Part shown: positions 9,855-18,355 of the stretch, in pieces
Position numbering within the stretch: the first letter of the stretch is position 1
How the letters are laid out: each line of letters starts with the position of its first letter
Source of the DNA: a virus
Lineage: Duplodnaviria > Caudoviricetes
Length of the DNA: 62,651 nt
Virus record (IMG/VR): IMGVR_UViG_3300010396_000012
Location: 1 to 62,651 of that record
Direction: 5' to 3' (one strand)
Notes under the pieces: generated by a model
Seen by the model: the letters and a program-made list of their open reading frames with translations, nothing else
What the model was told of the DNA's origin: nothing
Database searches by the model: none
Position numbers and translations under genes: made by a program

Positions 9855-10332
9855 TGAACTGTCCCTGAGCGGTCGCGTAGTTCCCCGGCCAAGTAAGCGG
9901 CTTAGGCTTACCGGGTCGCCAATTCCGTATGTAACAGCGCCAGCTACCATCCACATCACCTACCGTTGGGAGTGCCTGTGGGTCGGCATAGTAAATCAGC
10001 CGTGCCAGTCCGCAAGCTAGGCAATCGTTTTGAGGCAACATGATTGCATCGTACACTGCATCTTCTGTTGCATCGACATTAAAGTGAGCACATAGTTCTA
10101 CTGCTAGGTCACGCGTCACATCCGATGTGAGCACGCCGTGGACTCCGCCACCTTTCTCCATTTGCCAGAAACTATGCGCCGGGCCACCCACCTGCACCCT
10201 ATCCATGAAACGTGATTCTTGAAGTCCTGTAGCAGCAAGCTGTATACGCGCGCTCGGTGTATCGAACTTCGTATCTAGGTACTGCTCGAACGTACGGTTA
10301 ATCACCCACGCACCGTACTCGATGCCGTCCAT
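9826..10332 (-). CDS. Endolysin (lysozyme-like fold)
   Basis: GLQES..RVQ.GGPAHSFWQ.E and WRPGKP motifs; lysis-cassette position. Confidence 0.75.
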   Translation of the reverse strand: MDGIEYGAWVINRTFEQYLDTKFDTPSARIQLAATGLQESRFMDRVQVGGPAHSFWQMEKGGGVHGVLTSDVTRDLAVELCAHFNVDATEDAVYDAIMLPQNDCLACGLARLIYYADPQALPTVGDVDGSWRCYIRNWRPGKPKPLTWPGNYATAQGQFNGSSTSSTG

Positions 10333-10387
10333 TGCCCTGTCCTGATCCTGATCGACAGTTAGACCGTACGGCCCGCTGCGCTCCCCG

Positions 10388-11830
10388 TCAAGCCCATAGG
10401 AAGGGCTTTGGGTTGGCCTTCACTTCGTTGTCCACGGGTTTGTTGATCGGCTTGCCCGCCCCATACCGCGCGTACATGCAGAGGTACTGGATAGCGTCCG
10501 CGATATGACTGAACTCGTTCTTGTCGGGTATGTCCAGCACTCGACCTGAACTATTGCGCGTTTCCTTATACACATAGCCCGCGCCCATCGCTTCCCGCGT
10601 ATAGGTCAGATGCGGCGATACTAGGAAGCCTTCATCACGACTTAGGAAGAAGTCTACGGCTTCCTTACGTTTCGCAAACACGTTCGTTGCAGCAGGATAC
10701 GCTGTGATACCGCGACTGTGCATCATCTGGAAACTGGTCAGCTTTGTCTGTGCTGATCGACCCATACCTGCCGGGTCACCACACGCGATGACTTTGTAGC
10801 CGTTGTACTTCTGCCGTATTAGCGGCAAGACATACTGGTCGAGAAAGTCTTCCAACGACTCATCAGTGGCTGGTAGCTCGTCGAGCAGACGTAGCCCACG
10901 AAAGTCAAGCTGACCAACAATAACAGCCGGCGTAAGTCCATAGTCGATCCCTAGCAGAATGTGCGTACCACGTATCGGTAGAAGTATCTCCTTCGACACA
11001 TGCTTCATTTCACTGAACTTGCTGAACACGGGTTTGCCCTTACGGGTCATACCGTACTCACCGGCCAAGTTCACCCGGATATGCTCGTCACCCAACGCCA
11101 ACTGACGGTCATAATAATCTGCGCTGAGATTCTTCAAGTTCTCGGCGTCAGGGTTCAGTACCCACTTATCCCCATTCCAATACACCGCAGGCGGCTGCTT
11201 GTACTTACGCCAGCCCGAAGGTGTCTCGCCTGCCTCAAACTTTGTATAGCACCAGTGCGTCGTTCGCGGCGGGTTGCTGTCGCAGATCACGCCCGGTTCA
11301 CTTGCACCGTACATCTTCGCGCCTTCGCTATCCTTGATAGTCTTCGGATAGCGGTCGATACGTGAAATCAGTCCTTCCAGAATCTCCCACGGAATCTCAC
11401 GCGCTTCGTTAATGTACGCCCCAGTCAGTTCCAATGAAAGCAGCTTCGCCACATCTTCCGGCGTATCCAGTGCCATGAAGTAAACTTCAAGCTCGACTAT
11501 CGTACCATCCGCTACCTTCTGCTTGAACGTGCAGTTGATCGGCATGGAGTAGACGATAGGTGCAATCTCGTTCGGCACCCACTGCTGCCACGTCTTGATC
11601 GTCGTGGTTTTCAGTTCCGGGTACGTGTTACGAACTATCGCCCATCGCGACTTCCGACGACCCTGTTCATCAGGCTGCTGACGAAACGCACGCATGAGTA
11701 TTTCCATCATGCACGCGGTAGACTTACCCGAACCGACCGGGCCTTCAATGTACTGTACATCCAGTCCCCGGTCATTATGCAGACGCGCCGGTGTCGGCTC
11801 CGCATCGTATTTCATTAATTGCGTTGCCAT
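10388..11830 (-). CDS. terL: Terminase large subunit
   Basis: Walker A GPVGSGKS, Walker B AYINEARE, DSNPP, nuclease GIDYG, DPAG and SHIADAIQY. Confidence 0.95.
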   Translation of the reverse strand: MATQLMKYDAEPTPARLHNDRGLDVQYIEGPVGSGKSTACMMEILMRAFRQQPDEQGRRKSRWAIVRNTYPELKTTTIKTWQQWVPNEIAPIVYSMPINCTFKQKVADGTIVELEVYFMALDTPEDVAKLLSLELTGAYINEAREIPWEILEGLISRIDRYPKTIKDSEGAKMYGASEPGVICDSNPPRTTHWCYTKFEAGETPSGWRKYKQPPAVYWNGDKWVLNPDAENLKNLSADYYDRQLALGDEHIRVNLAGEYGMTRKGKPVFSKFSEMKHVSKEILLPIRGTHILLGIDYGLTPAVIVGQLDFRGLRLLDELPATDESLEDFLDQYVLPLIRQKYNGYKVIACGDPAGMGRSAQTKLTSFQMMHSRGITAYPAATNVFAKRKEAVDFFLSRDEGFLVSPHLTYTREAMGAGYVYKETRNSSGRVLDIPDKNEFSHIADAIQYLCMYARYGAGKPINKPVDNEVKANPKPFLWA

Positions 11831-11832
11831 GC

Positions 11833-12492
11833 CTAGACACCATCCTTCGGTTCTTGGAGCGGTGCAATGGCCGGGTAGTCCGAGTGAACACGTTGCAGAT
11901 AATCAGGCGGTCGGTCGAGTTGGAATGGATTGGTTTCTTCCAGTGAGAAAGACACCTTCGGTAAGGCGTGTGGGTCAGCCGGTACGGGGGCAATGGGGTT
12001 GTCTGGCGCTTGTCCCCGCGTATTGATCTGCACAGTGCTTTCGTTACCAATGTTGAATACGTAGCTGACCGACGCACCCTGCCCCAGTTCATTGATCGTA
12101 TTGCCGTAGGTCTTCTTGTCCTTCTTGGACGCCATCCATCGTCCATGCTCGATCATGGCTTTCGCTTTATCCAACTCAAACTTCGTCGTGGCGACGCGCA
12201 ACATACGCTGCCCTTCCACCACGTAGCCTTCTGCGCTGAGGACACTAGCTTCCTCAATCGCCGCTTCATGCCCTTCGTTCTCGATCCAGACGTGTAATGC
12301 AGTGAGTGGAAGGCCCAGTTCTTCGGCTACTTCCAACAAGGTAGCGCCCTTGAACAGGCGTTCTCGCACGGGGACTAAACCAATGTCGTTCAAAAAGGCG
12401 AACGGGTTTCCTACGCCACGCCATCGTGCCAGCTTGGCCCGCTGCTGGATAGAGTCATGGAATGTGGTCGGTGTCTGAGGGTCTAGTTGCAT
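11833..12492 (-). CDS. terS: Terminase small subunit
   Basis: HTH (GATLLEVAEELGLP..LHVW) and RWMASK...TYG motif, directly upstream of terL. Confidence 0.8.
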   Translation of the reverse strand: MQLDPQTPTTFHDSIQQRAKLARWRGVGNPFAFLNDIGLVPVRERLFKGATLLEVAEELGLPLTALHVWIENEGHEAAIEEASVLSAEGYVVEGQRMLRVATTKFELDKAKAMIEHGRWMASKKDKKTYGNTINELGQGASVSYVFNIGNESTVQINTRGQAPDNPIAPVPADPHALPKVSFSLEETNPFQLDRPPDYLQRVHSDYPAIAPLQEPKDGV

Positions 12493-12654
12493 TCTCTACA
12501 ACGCCTAGCAAATTACGGGTCAGGTTAGATCAGCGAGGTCAATTTTACAAGAGGGCCGGTAATTTTTCGAGGACACATATTTCCGCAGTAGGCGCGGATG
12601 GCTGTATTGCTGGGGTATTCAGATATGGGAGTCACAGGGTGTGCCGAACTTTCA

Positions 12655-12703
12655 GGGGTGGGGTAGTCGCGGCCTCGATCCGGGTAGGGGGTGGGGTACG
12701 GGG
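12655..12703 (+). other. G-rich tract with G-quadruplex potential; candidate packaging/terminus region
   Basis: GGGG-T-GGGG ... GGG-TA-GGGGG-T-GGGG-TAC-GGGG in the divergent gap upstream of terS. Confidence 0.45.
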
Positions 12704-12859
12704 TAGGCTCGCACATAGCAGCGCGGCACGGTTTGGTGCGCTGCAGCTTGGCAGACCGTATTAATCCCTGATATAGTTTACTGGCCGTGGTGGCAACACC
12801 CGGCAATTAAATGCCTTCACGCCATGCGGCGCGACTAAATCACTAAAGAGGATTAGACA

Positions 12860-13138
12860 ATGGCCCTTGAACAAAGCGACTTGGACAAGATCGAAGCGCT
12901 GATTAGCAGGCACGAAGCAAAGGCGCGGCGAGTCGTGGTGAATGACTCGAAGACGTGCGCAAGGATCGCCCGGAAGCATTGGAAGCGGCGCATTATCGGG
13001 GTAACTATCGCATGCGTGATTAGCTACGGCTGTCATTACGCGCTGCAAAGCAAGTATCTTGAAGGTCTCATGCAGACCGGCGAAATGACGGTGTTAGCGT
13101 TCATTGAGTGGGGATTCTCCCGCGCTAAGGAACTCTAA
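12860..13138 (+). CDS. Hypothetical protein, possibly membrane-associated
   Basis: 92 aa, GAGGA RBS, one hydrophobic stretch. Confidence 0.65.
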   Translation: MALEQSDLDKIEALISRHEAKARRVVVNDSKTCARIARKHWKRRIIGVTIACVISYGCHYALQSKYLEGLMQTGEMTVLAFIEWGFSRAKEL

Positions 13139-13223
13139 GCCGTAGTGTGCTAAGTGATGCGGCCCAGTACATCGGGCCGTATTGCCCAGCGCATTAGCTG
13201 GATCACAACAGGACTAACGAGCC

Positions 13224-13415
13224 ATGACACGTAAAGATTATGTCTTGCCGGCGGCTGCCTTGCGCGACGCCAAGCCGAACGGCTACGGCCAGCACATCGG
13301 CCGCATTAGCCAATGGCGCAAAGACTGCGCCGCCATATGCAACGCACTGGCGCAAGATAACAGCGCCTTCGACGCACAACGGTTCATCCACGCATGCGAG
13401 GAAACGAAATCATGA
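13224..13415 (+). CDS. Small early hypothetical protein
   Basis: MTRKDY...A.ALAQDN..FD..RF..AC pattern common in phage early genes. Confidence 0.75.
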   Translation: MTRKDYVLPAAALRDAKPNGYGQHIGRISQWRKDCAAICNALAQDNSAFDAQRFIHACEETKS

Positions 13416-13642
13416 GCAAGTACAACGGCCACTAATCATGGGCGCAGTGGAATGTTAGCCTATGGCTGAACAATGACGAAGCGCTCTATAACGGCATGCG
13501 CAACGCCATTCGCTGGACGAAGAACCGCACGGAAGCGGCGCGGAAGATGCTCACATGGCTCAAGGAATCAGGCCAGACGGAAACGCCGGACGGCGCAGCG
13601 TATACGCTGACAAGCATCAAGCATGCCATGGTAGGCATGTGA
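13412..13642 (+). pseudogene. Conserved small phage early gene (YNG...WNVSLW.NNDE.LY...TPDG family) with an in-frame TAA at codon 8
   Basis: Hand translation MSKYNGH*SWAQWNVSLWLNNDEALY...ETPDGAAYTL...; ATGA coupling to the upstream gene; stop at 13433-13435. Confidence 0.75.
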
Positions 13643-13650
13643 TACCGCAA

Positions 13651-13916
13651 GCCGTGCCGCGAAGCGTATGCCTAGCCGTACGGATCAGAACAATTAGTAA
13701 ACTGCGCAGGTTAGGCAAGGTGCGTCGCAAGGCGTGCCTTGCCGTGCCGTTTGTTAAGGTTTTGTATAGACGATTAACACTAAACTAATGAGTCGTGCCG
13801 CAAGGCAGATTAATCAGTACCGCGCGCAACAAGGATAAAACTAATTAACTCGCCCTTCGCACAAACGGGAAACAAGGCAACGCGCGATTATCTGAACCAT
13901 TATGCAAACCGTGCCG
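13651..13916 (+). repeat. Dispersed CGTGCCG repeats (4 copies)
   Basis: Copies starting near 13651, 13741, 13794 and 13909 in a non-coding region. Confidence 0.55.
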
Positions 13917-14037
13917 ACGATCAGGCGTAGAAAATCAGGCAAAACATATACCGTACGTGTTTCGCTCCTTAGTGTGTTATACACCAAAATTAAGCGTCGA
14001 TTAAGATTCGTGTTAAAGTTCCATTTAATTTACATGG

Positions 14038-14488
14038 TGTTTCTTGTTAAACGTAGCCTTGTAGCTTGTTAACCAAACTTTAAGAAACAGCAGCAGCCGT
14101 TGTGCCAGTAGGTCGGTCTTATTATTTGTTTCTTGTTTCCTCTAAAAATAAGCTAGGTCGTGTGAGAGCGATTCCACAGTAATGCAGCAATGAACCTGAA
14201 CGAGCCTGTTTCTTGTTTCCTGTCAGTGTGTCTTAACGTCTGACTTGCAGCATTTGTGTGTCTGCTACACCCTCTAAAACCCTGACTCTGCCCCCTGCGC
14301 CTAGGAAACAGAAACGCGCACTTGTAACCCGTTGATTTTGTTACACCCACTTTGTAACCTTCGATCCCCATTTCCACCATACGCCTGCGTCACAGTAATT
14401 GTTTGTTTGTTTCTTGTTAGTGTGTGCCTTAACGTATCTTGTTTCTGGTGAGTGTGGCCGCTAGTGTTTCCTGTTTCTTTTGAGTGTG
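14038..14488 (+). repeat. Iteron-like TGTTTC(T/C)TGTT repeat cluster; candidate origin or packaging control region
   Basis: TGTTTCTTGTT at 14038, 14127, 14207 and 14408; variants at 14440 and 14465; inverted variant at 14303-14315; AT-rich flank at ~13975-14050. Confidence 0.65.
14325..14337 (-). promoter_or_regulatory. IHF consensus site
   Basis: Reverse complement AATCAACGGGTTA matches WATCAANNNNTTR exactly, in the middle of the repeat cluster. Confidence 0.5.
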
Positions 14489-14512
14489 CGCGCCTAGACT
14501 TCGCGCCACCTA

Positions 14513-14541
14513 TTGCAGCCATGCTTTACCCATGGTAGAAT
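14513..14541 (+). promoter_or_regulatory. sigma70-type early promoter
   Basis: TTGCAG-17 nt-TAGAAT with TG extended -10. Confidence 0.6.
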
Positions 14542-14587
14542 TGCAACGTAACAAACCGATCAACCATTCCCTAAGCGAGGTTATCCG

Positions 14588-14935
14588 ATGAAAGCTTTCC
14601 TGATTGATCCGAAAGAAAAAACAGTTTCCGAAATCGACTATGACGGCAACTGGAAATCCATCGCGCCACTGATTCATGCCGAGTCTGGCCTGTTCGATCT
14701 GGTACGCTTGCAAGGGCGGATCAGTGAAGGCCGCGCTGACCTGTTCGTGGATGACGAAGGGCTGCTCTACAACAACGGCAATCCGCACGGCTACTTTCAA
14801 GTGAACCATGGCGGCAATCAGTGGCAAACGCTGGCCGGCTATGCGCTGGTGCTGGATCACGACGAGGAAGGCGACAGCGTGGCGGCAAGCTGCAGTCTGG
14901 AATGGATCACGTCCCGTGTACGTTTCGCGCCATAG
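14588..14935 (+). CDS. DUF3846-like early protein
   Basis: MKAFLIDP, LFVDDEGL and LAGYALV motifs; GAGG RBS. Confidence 0.7.
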   Translation: MKAFLIDPKEKTVSEIDYDGNWKSIAPLIHAESGLFDLVRLQGRISEGRADLFVDDEGLLYNNGNPHGYFQVNHGGNQWQTLAGYALVLDHDEEGDSVAASCSLEWITSRVRFAP

Positions 14936-14937
14936 GT

Positions 14938-14966
14938 TTGCACTTCACGATTAGTTGTGCTATACT
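14938..14966 (+). promoter_or_regulatory. sigma70-type early promoter
   Basis: TTGCAC-17 nt-TATACT with TG extension; shares TGTGCTATACTT with the promoter at 16971. Confidence 0.7.
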
Positions 14967-15038
14967 TAGCACGCAATCTAGGAAACCTTGCCATGGATGG
15001 CAGTATGTTCAAACTCACAATTCACGCGAGGTTCTATT

Positions 15039-15389
15039 ATGCGCAAGATTAGCAGTCAAACCGTGGACGCGATTATCCGCGCGACGCGACTGGGTAAGTC
15101 GTGGGAAAAGGACAACACGCGCGTCGAGCCATTGGATGGCAACAAGTGCCGTGTGATATTGCACGGCCATGTGATTGCTTTCGTGACCGATACAAACCGG
15201 AACTATACCGTGGAGATTAATCTTTGCGGATATAACACGCCGACCACGCGCGAACGTCTGAGCGCGATTGTGTCTGCCTTTGTGCCGGGGTGTTGTGGCG
15301 TGGGGACGAAGCTTGGGCAGCCGAGCATTCGCTACATGGATAGTTCAAAGGATCGCAACATTGCCAGTGATGGCTGGATCGTGGTATAA
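15039..15389 (+). CDS. Conserved phage early hypothetical protein
   Basis: Start refined to MRKISS; NT.V...LHGH.IA...G..T.TT.ERL pattern; GAGG RBS. Confidence 0.75.
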   Translation: MRKISSQTVDAIIRATRLGKSWEKDNTRVEPLDGNKCRVILHGHVIAFVTDTNRNYTVEINLCGYNTPTTRERLSAIVSAFVPGCCGVGTKLGQPSIRYMDSSKDRNIASDGWIVV

Positions 15390-15390
15390 T
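15361..15390 (+). promoter_or_regulatory. sigma70-type promoter for the AAA gene
   Basis: TTGCCA-18 nt-TATAAT with TG extension. Confidence 0.6.
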
Positions 15391-15397
15391 TCCAAGC

Positions 15398-15424
15398 GCA
15401 GGCTAGACTAGCACTCTAGCCTGC
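15398..15424 (+). promoter_or_regulatory. Perfect 10-bp hairpin just downstream of the promoter (terminator, attenuator or operator)
   Basis: GCAGGCTAGA-7 nt-TCTAGCCTGC. Confidence 0.5.
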
Positions 15425-15458
15425 TAGTTTCCGCGTGTCACTCAAGTAAGGATTACTC

Positions 15459-16970
15459 ATGGCTAACATTGCGTTCGACTTTAGCGCCGCGACTGAACCG
15501 GCGCTGGCATTGCGTATCGCGAATCTGGTCACTCAAGACATTGAACGGCTTGAGGCCAGCGTGTTCGGTACGCGTACCAATTGGCAACGGCTGGACAAGC
15601 CGTTCAAAGCTCACTATGCGATCAAGCTGGTGAACCAGATCATCGACCCGGCGCAGCGTATCGCAATACTGGAAGCGCTGCCGAGCTACGAAAAGAATGC
15701 AGCGAACTACAAACGCGACAGCAAACGTCGCGGCCGTCCGCTCACGGAATATACGCACAAGAAAAGCGAGGGTAACAACATGCCGCGAATCGAAATGACG
15801 AACAAGCTGCAGGACAATGAAGTTGAACCGGCAGCGCCGAGCGATGAATCGCTGGACGATCAGTTGCGCGAGTTGCTTGAGGCGACCGGCGATAACATGG
15901 AAGCGAAATTGCGCGAACGGATCGAAGCGAACGCACAAAGCCGGCCGGGCAAACCGCAAGGCGAATCCGACAAGCCGGCGAACGCGCAGGCGCAGTCTGG
16001 TGCGGGCGAGGATGATCCGTTGCGTGCAGCGGTACAACAGATGTTGGACGTGATGCAGGTGCAGCGTGGTGAAGGTGACAGCAACCTTGACGAAGACCGC
16101 GTGCGTGAGATTGCGCGCGAGGAAGACAAGGCGAACGTGCCGGTCATCATTGAGACCTTGCAAGACTACATCCGCGAACAGGTGAAGCCGGTCACGACAG
16201 TAACAGTCGAGCGCGTGAATGGTGTCGAGCGTGAAGTGGTGGACATGGGTTTGCAGCACAAGTCTTTCGTGCAACTGTTGAAGTTGCTGCAGGTCAGGAA
16301 CGCCGATGGATACCAGTATCCGGTATGGTTGCCGGGGCCGGCTGGCAGTGGCAAGACGACCGCCGCACGCAATGCAGCTAAGGCACTCAACCTGCCGTTC
16401 TACTTTACTGGCGCAGTGGACAATCAATACCAGTTGCTTGGTTTCCGTGATGCTGGCGGTAACTATGGCCGCACGACATTTCGTGAAGCATGGGAGCATG
16501 GTGGCGTTTACTTGTGGGACGAAGTGGATGCCAGCAATCCGAACGCGCTGACCGTGTTCAATGCCGCGTTTGAGAATGGCGTGTGTGCATTCCCCGATGG
16601 TATCGTGGCACGGCATCCGGACTGCATTCTGATTGCAGCGGCGAACACGTACGGCCATGGTGCGACGCATGAGTACGTCGGCCGGAACAAGCTGGACGCG
16701 GCGACCGTGGATCGGTTCATCATGCTGGACTGGACATACGACGAAGACCTTGAACGGAACTTGTCGAGCAACAAGGAATGGTGCACTTGGGTACAGAAGG
16801 CACGGCGCGCATGTGTTGCGGCTGGCGTTAAGCATGTGATTAGTCCGCGTGCGTCGATCCGTGGCAGTGAGTTGCTGGCGAGTGGGTTTGCCCGCGACTT
16901 TGTGGAGCGCAGTCTGGTACGTAAAGGTTTGCCGGATGACTCATGGCGGACGATCACCAGTCGCATGTAA
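15459..16970 (+). CDS. MoxR/CobS-like AAA+ ATPase
   Basis: Walker A GPAGSGKT, Walker B LWDEVD, AAANT and LDAATVDRF. Confidence 0.88.
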   Translation: MANIAFDFSAATEPALALRIANLVTQDIERLEASVFGTRTNWQRLDKPFKAHYAIKLVNQIIDPAQRIAILEALPSYEKNAANYKRDSKRRGRPLTEYTHKKSEGNNMPRIEMTNKLQDNEVEPAAPSDESLDDQLRELLEATGDNMEAKLRERIEANAQSRPGKPQGESDKPANAQAQSGAGEDDPLRAAVQQMLDVMQVQRGEGDSNLDEDRVREIAREEDKANVPVIIETLQDYIREQVKPVTTVTVERVNGVEREVVDMGLQHKSFVQLLKLLQVRNADGYQYPVWLPGPAGSGKTTAARNAAKALNLPFYFTGAVDNQYQLLGFRDAGGNYGRTTFREAWEHGGVYLWDEVDASNPNALTVFNAAFENGVCAFPDGIVARHPDCILIAAANTYGHGATHEYVGRNKLDAATVDRFIMLDWTYDEDLERNLSSNKEWCTWVQKARRACVAAGVKHVISPRASIRGSELLASGFARDFVERSLVRKGLPDDSWRTITSRM

Positions 16971-16999
16971 TGGACAGAAGCACATGGATGTGCTATACT
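16971..16999 (+). promoter_or_regulatory. sigma70-type promoter
   Basis: TGGACA-17 nt-TATACT with TG extension. Confidence 0.65.
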
Positions 17000-17023
17000 T
17001 CGCAGACACAATGAGGCGAGACC

Positions 17024-17875
17024 ATGAAAAGTAATTTCAAAGTATACGACTCGGTTCATGCGTTTGTTGGCACGCGCGGTAACGAACAGACGATTGATCG
17101 GCTGGCACTGCGCACGGATGAATGGACAGGGCCGCGCAACTACAAAGAGTCAAAGACGTATTTCCTACATGGTGCGGGCGAGGATGAACTGAGCGCATCG
17201 CGCAAGTTGCTGAACCAGATTGACGTGGCCGTGCATGGTGTTCAAGGTGAAGTCTGGAAACCGCAAGTGTACGGTGCGTATCCGGTAGTCGCGGACTATC
17301 TGGCCGGCGATCCGATGTGCATGCGGAACAAAGAGTGGGACGAGACCGACGTGGCTCCCGTTCGCATCATCCTGAATACGGCCGTGGCGGCGGGTGTTGA
17401 AGCCGATACCATCGCGCGACGTGCTGCAGCGAGTGCGGCGTTCGCCATGAAACTGAGTGAGCGTCGGCCGGTCGAGTTGTGGATCAGCACGGCGCTGCAC
17501 AACATGCGCCTGAAAACGGATGTCGGCTTTCGTGTGAAGCTGGACATGCCGATGAACCTTAGTCAGGTTGTCGCGGCGTATGATCGCAGCGTGTCGCGCG
17601 TGCTGACTTCGCCGATACTGGAACTGCTGGCGAACAACGACGATCCGAATGCGACGGAAAGTTGCGACGGATATAGTTTTGAGTTGAACGGTTTCAATGC
17701 GAATCGTGGTGGGCGTCATATGTATATGAAAGCTTTCCGCGACTACATGAACCTGAGCGAGGACGATATAGTTTTGGACGCTGGTATCTTGACGGACTGC
17801 GAAGCGATTGACCGTAACCCAGTCGAGTGGGTGAAGTCGATGCTGATTAAATACGGTATGCCATCGGAGGATTAA
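17024..17875 (+). CDS. Putative divergent VWA-like partner of the AAA ATPase
   Basis: Follows the MoxR-type AAA; G..P.V..YLAGDP.CM motif then a beta/alpha pattern; canonical MIDAS not evident. Confidence 0.55.
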   Translation: MKSNFKVYDSVHAFVGTRGNEQTIDRLALRTDEWTGPRNYKESKTYFLHGAGEDELSASRKLLNQIDVAVHGVQGEVWKPQVYGAYPVVADYLAGDPMCMRNKEWDETDVAPVRIILNTAVAAGVEADTIARRAAASAAFAMKLSERRPVELWISTALHNMRLKTDVGFRVKLDMPMNLSQVVAAYDRSVSRVLTSPILELLANNDDPNATESCDGYSFELNGFNANRGGRHMYMKAFRDYMNLSEDDIVLDAGILTDCEAIDRNPVEWVKSMLIKYGMPSED

Positions 17876-17878
17876 GTC

Positions 17879-18175
17879 ATGGGTTATCAAGTTATAAGCA
17901 CGCGCCCGAATGATTTTGTGGGCGGCGAAAGAGTCTTGTACCAGTGCGACAATGGGTATCAGGTAAGCACGATACGCAACCGCTACTCCTATGGTGGCGA
18001 CCATGGGCTATGGGAACTGGCGGTAATAAACCGTACCGGCGAACTGGACTACACGACGTCGATAACAGATGACGTGGTAGGCCATCTTACGGATGCGGAT
18101 GTGCTGGACTACCTTGCGCGTGTGGACGCGCTACCCGAAGCGCCGATGCTTGCACTACCCAATCCGGAGGAGTAA
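17879..18175 (+). CDS. Conserved phage hypothetical protein
   Basis: NGY.VS...SYGG..GLWELAV...LDYTT.ITDDV.G.L pattern. Confidence 0.8.
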   Translation: MGYQVISTRPNDFVGGERVLYQCDNGYQVSTIRNRYSYGGDHGLWELAVINRTGELDYTTSITDDVVGHLTDADVLDYLARVDALPEAPMLALPNPEE

Positions 18176-18355
18176 ATGAAAGCATTCTTGAGGCGGCATG
18201 TGCATATCATATGCGCAATGGTTGTAGGTGAAGCAATCACCATAGCGTTTTTCCTACCGGATCGCTGGTACTGGGCGTTTCCGCTGGGCATTGTGCTGGG
18301 TGCTATTTCAGGGCAACTTAAAGCCCGCGATGTAAGGAGACAAAGCCGTGGCTAA
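18176..18355 (+). CDS. Small membrane protein (59 aa, two hydrophobic segments), absent from the ORF track
   Basis: Hand translation MKAFLRRHVHIICAMVVGEAITIAFFLPDRWYWAFPLGIVLGAISG...; GGAGG RBS. Confidence 0.65.
   Translation: MKAFLRRHVHIICAMVVGEAITIAFFLPDRWYWAFPLGIVLGAISGQLKARDVRRQSRG

Noticed and set aside
12525-12806. 93-aa minus-strand ORF with PTPYPTPY
   Set aside because: It is a translation of the G-rich tract, with a weak start and no RBS
13433-13435. Stop-codon reassignment
   Set aside because: All three stops terminate genes normally across the genome; only one interrupted gene was seen
14038-14488. CRISPR array or mini-array
   Set aside because: Repeats are only 11-15 nt, irregularly spaced and degenerate; no cas operon is present
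15453-16835. Long antisense ORFs (this 460-aa one; also 4525-5460, 39300-40316, 45228-46106)
   Set aside because: They mirror well-supported genes with strong codon bias and have no motifs or RBS
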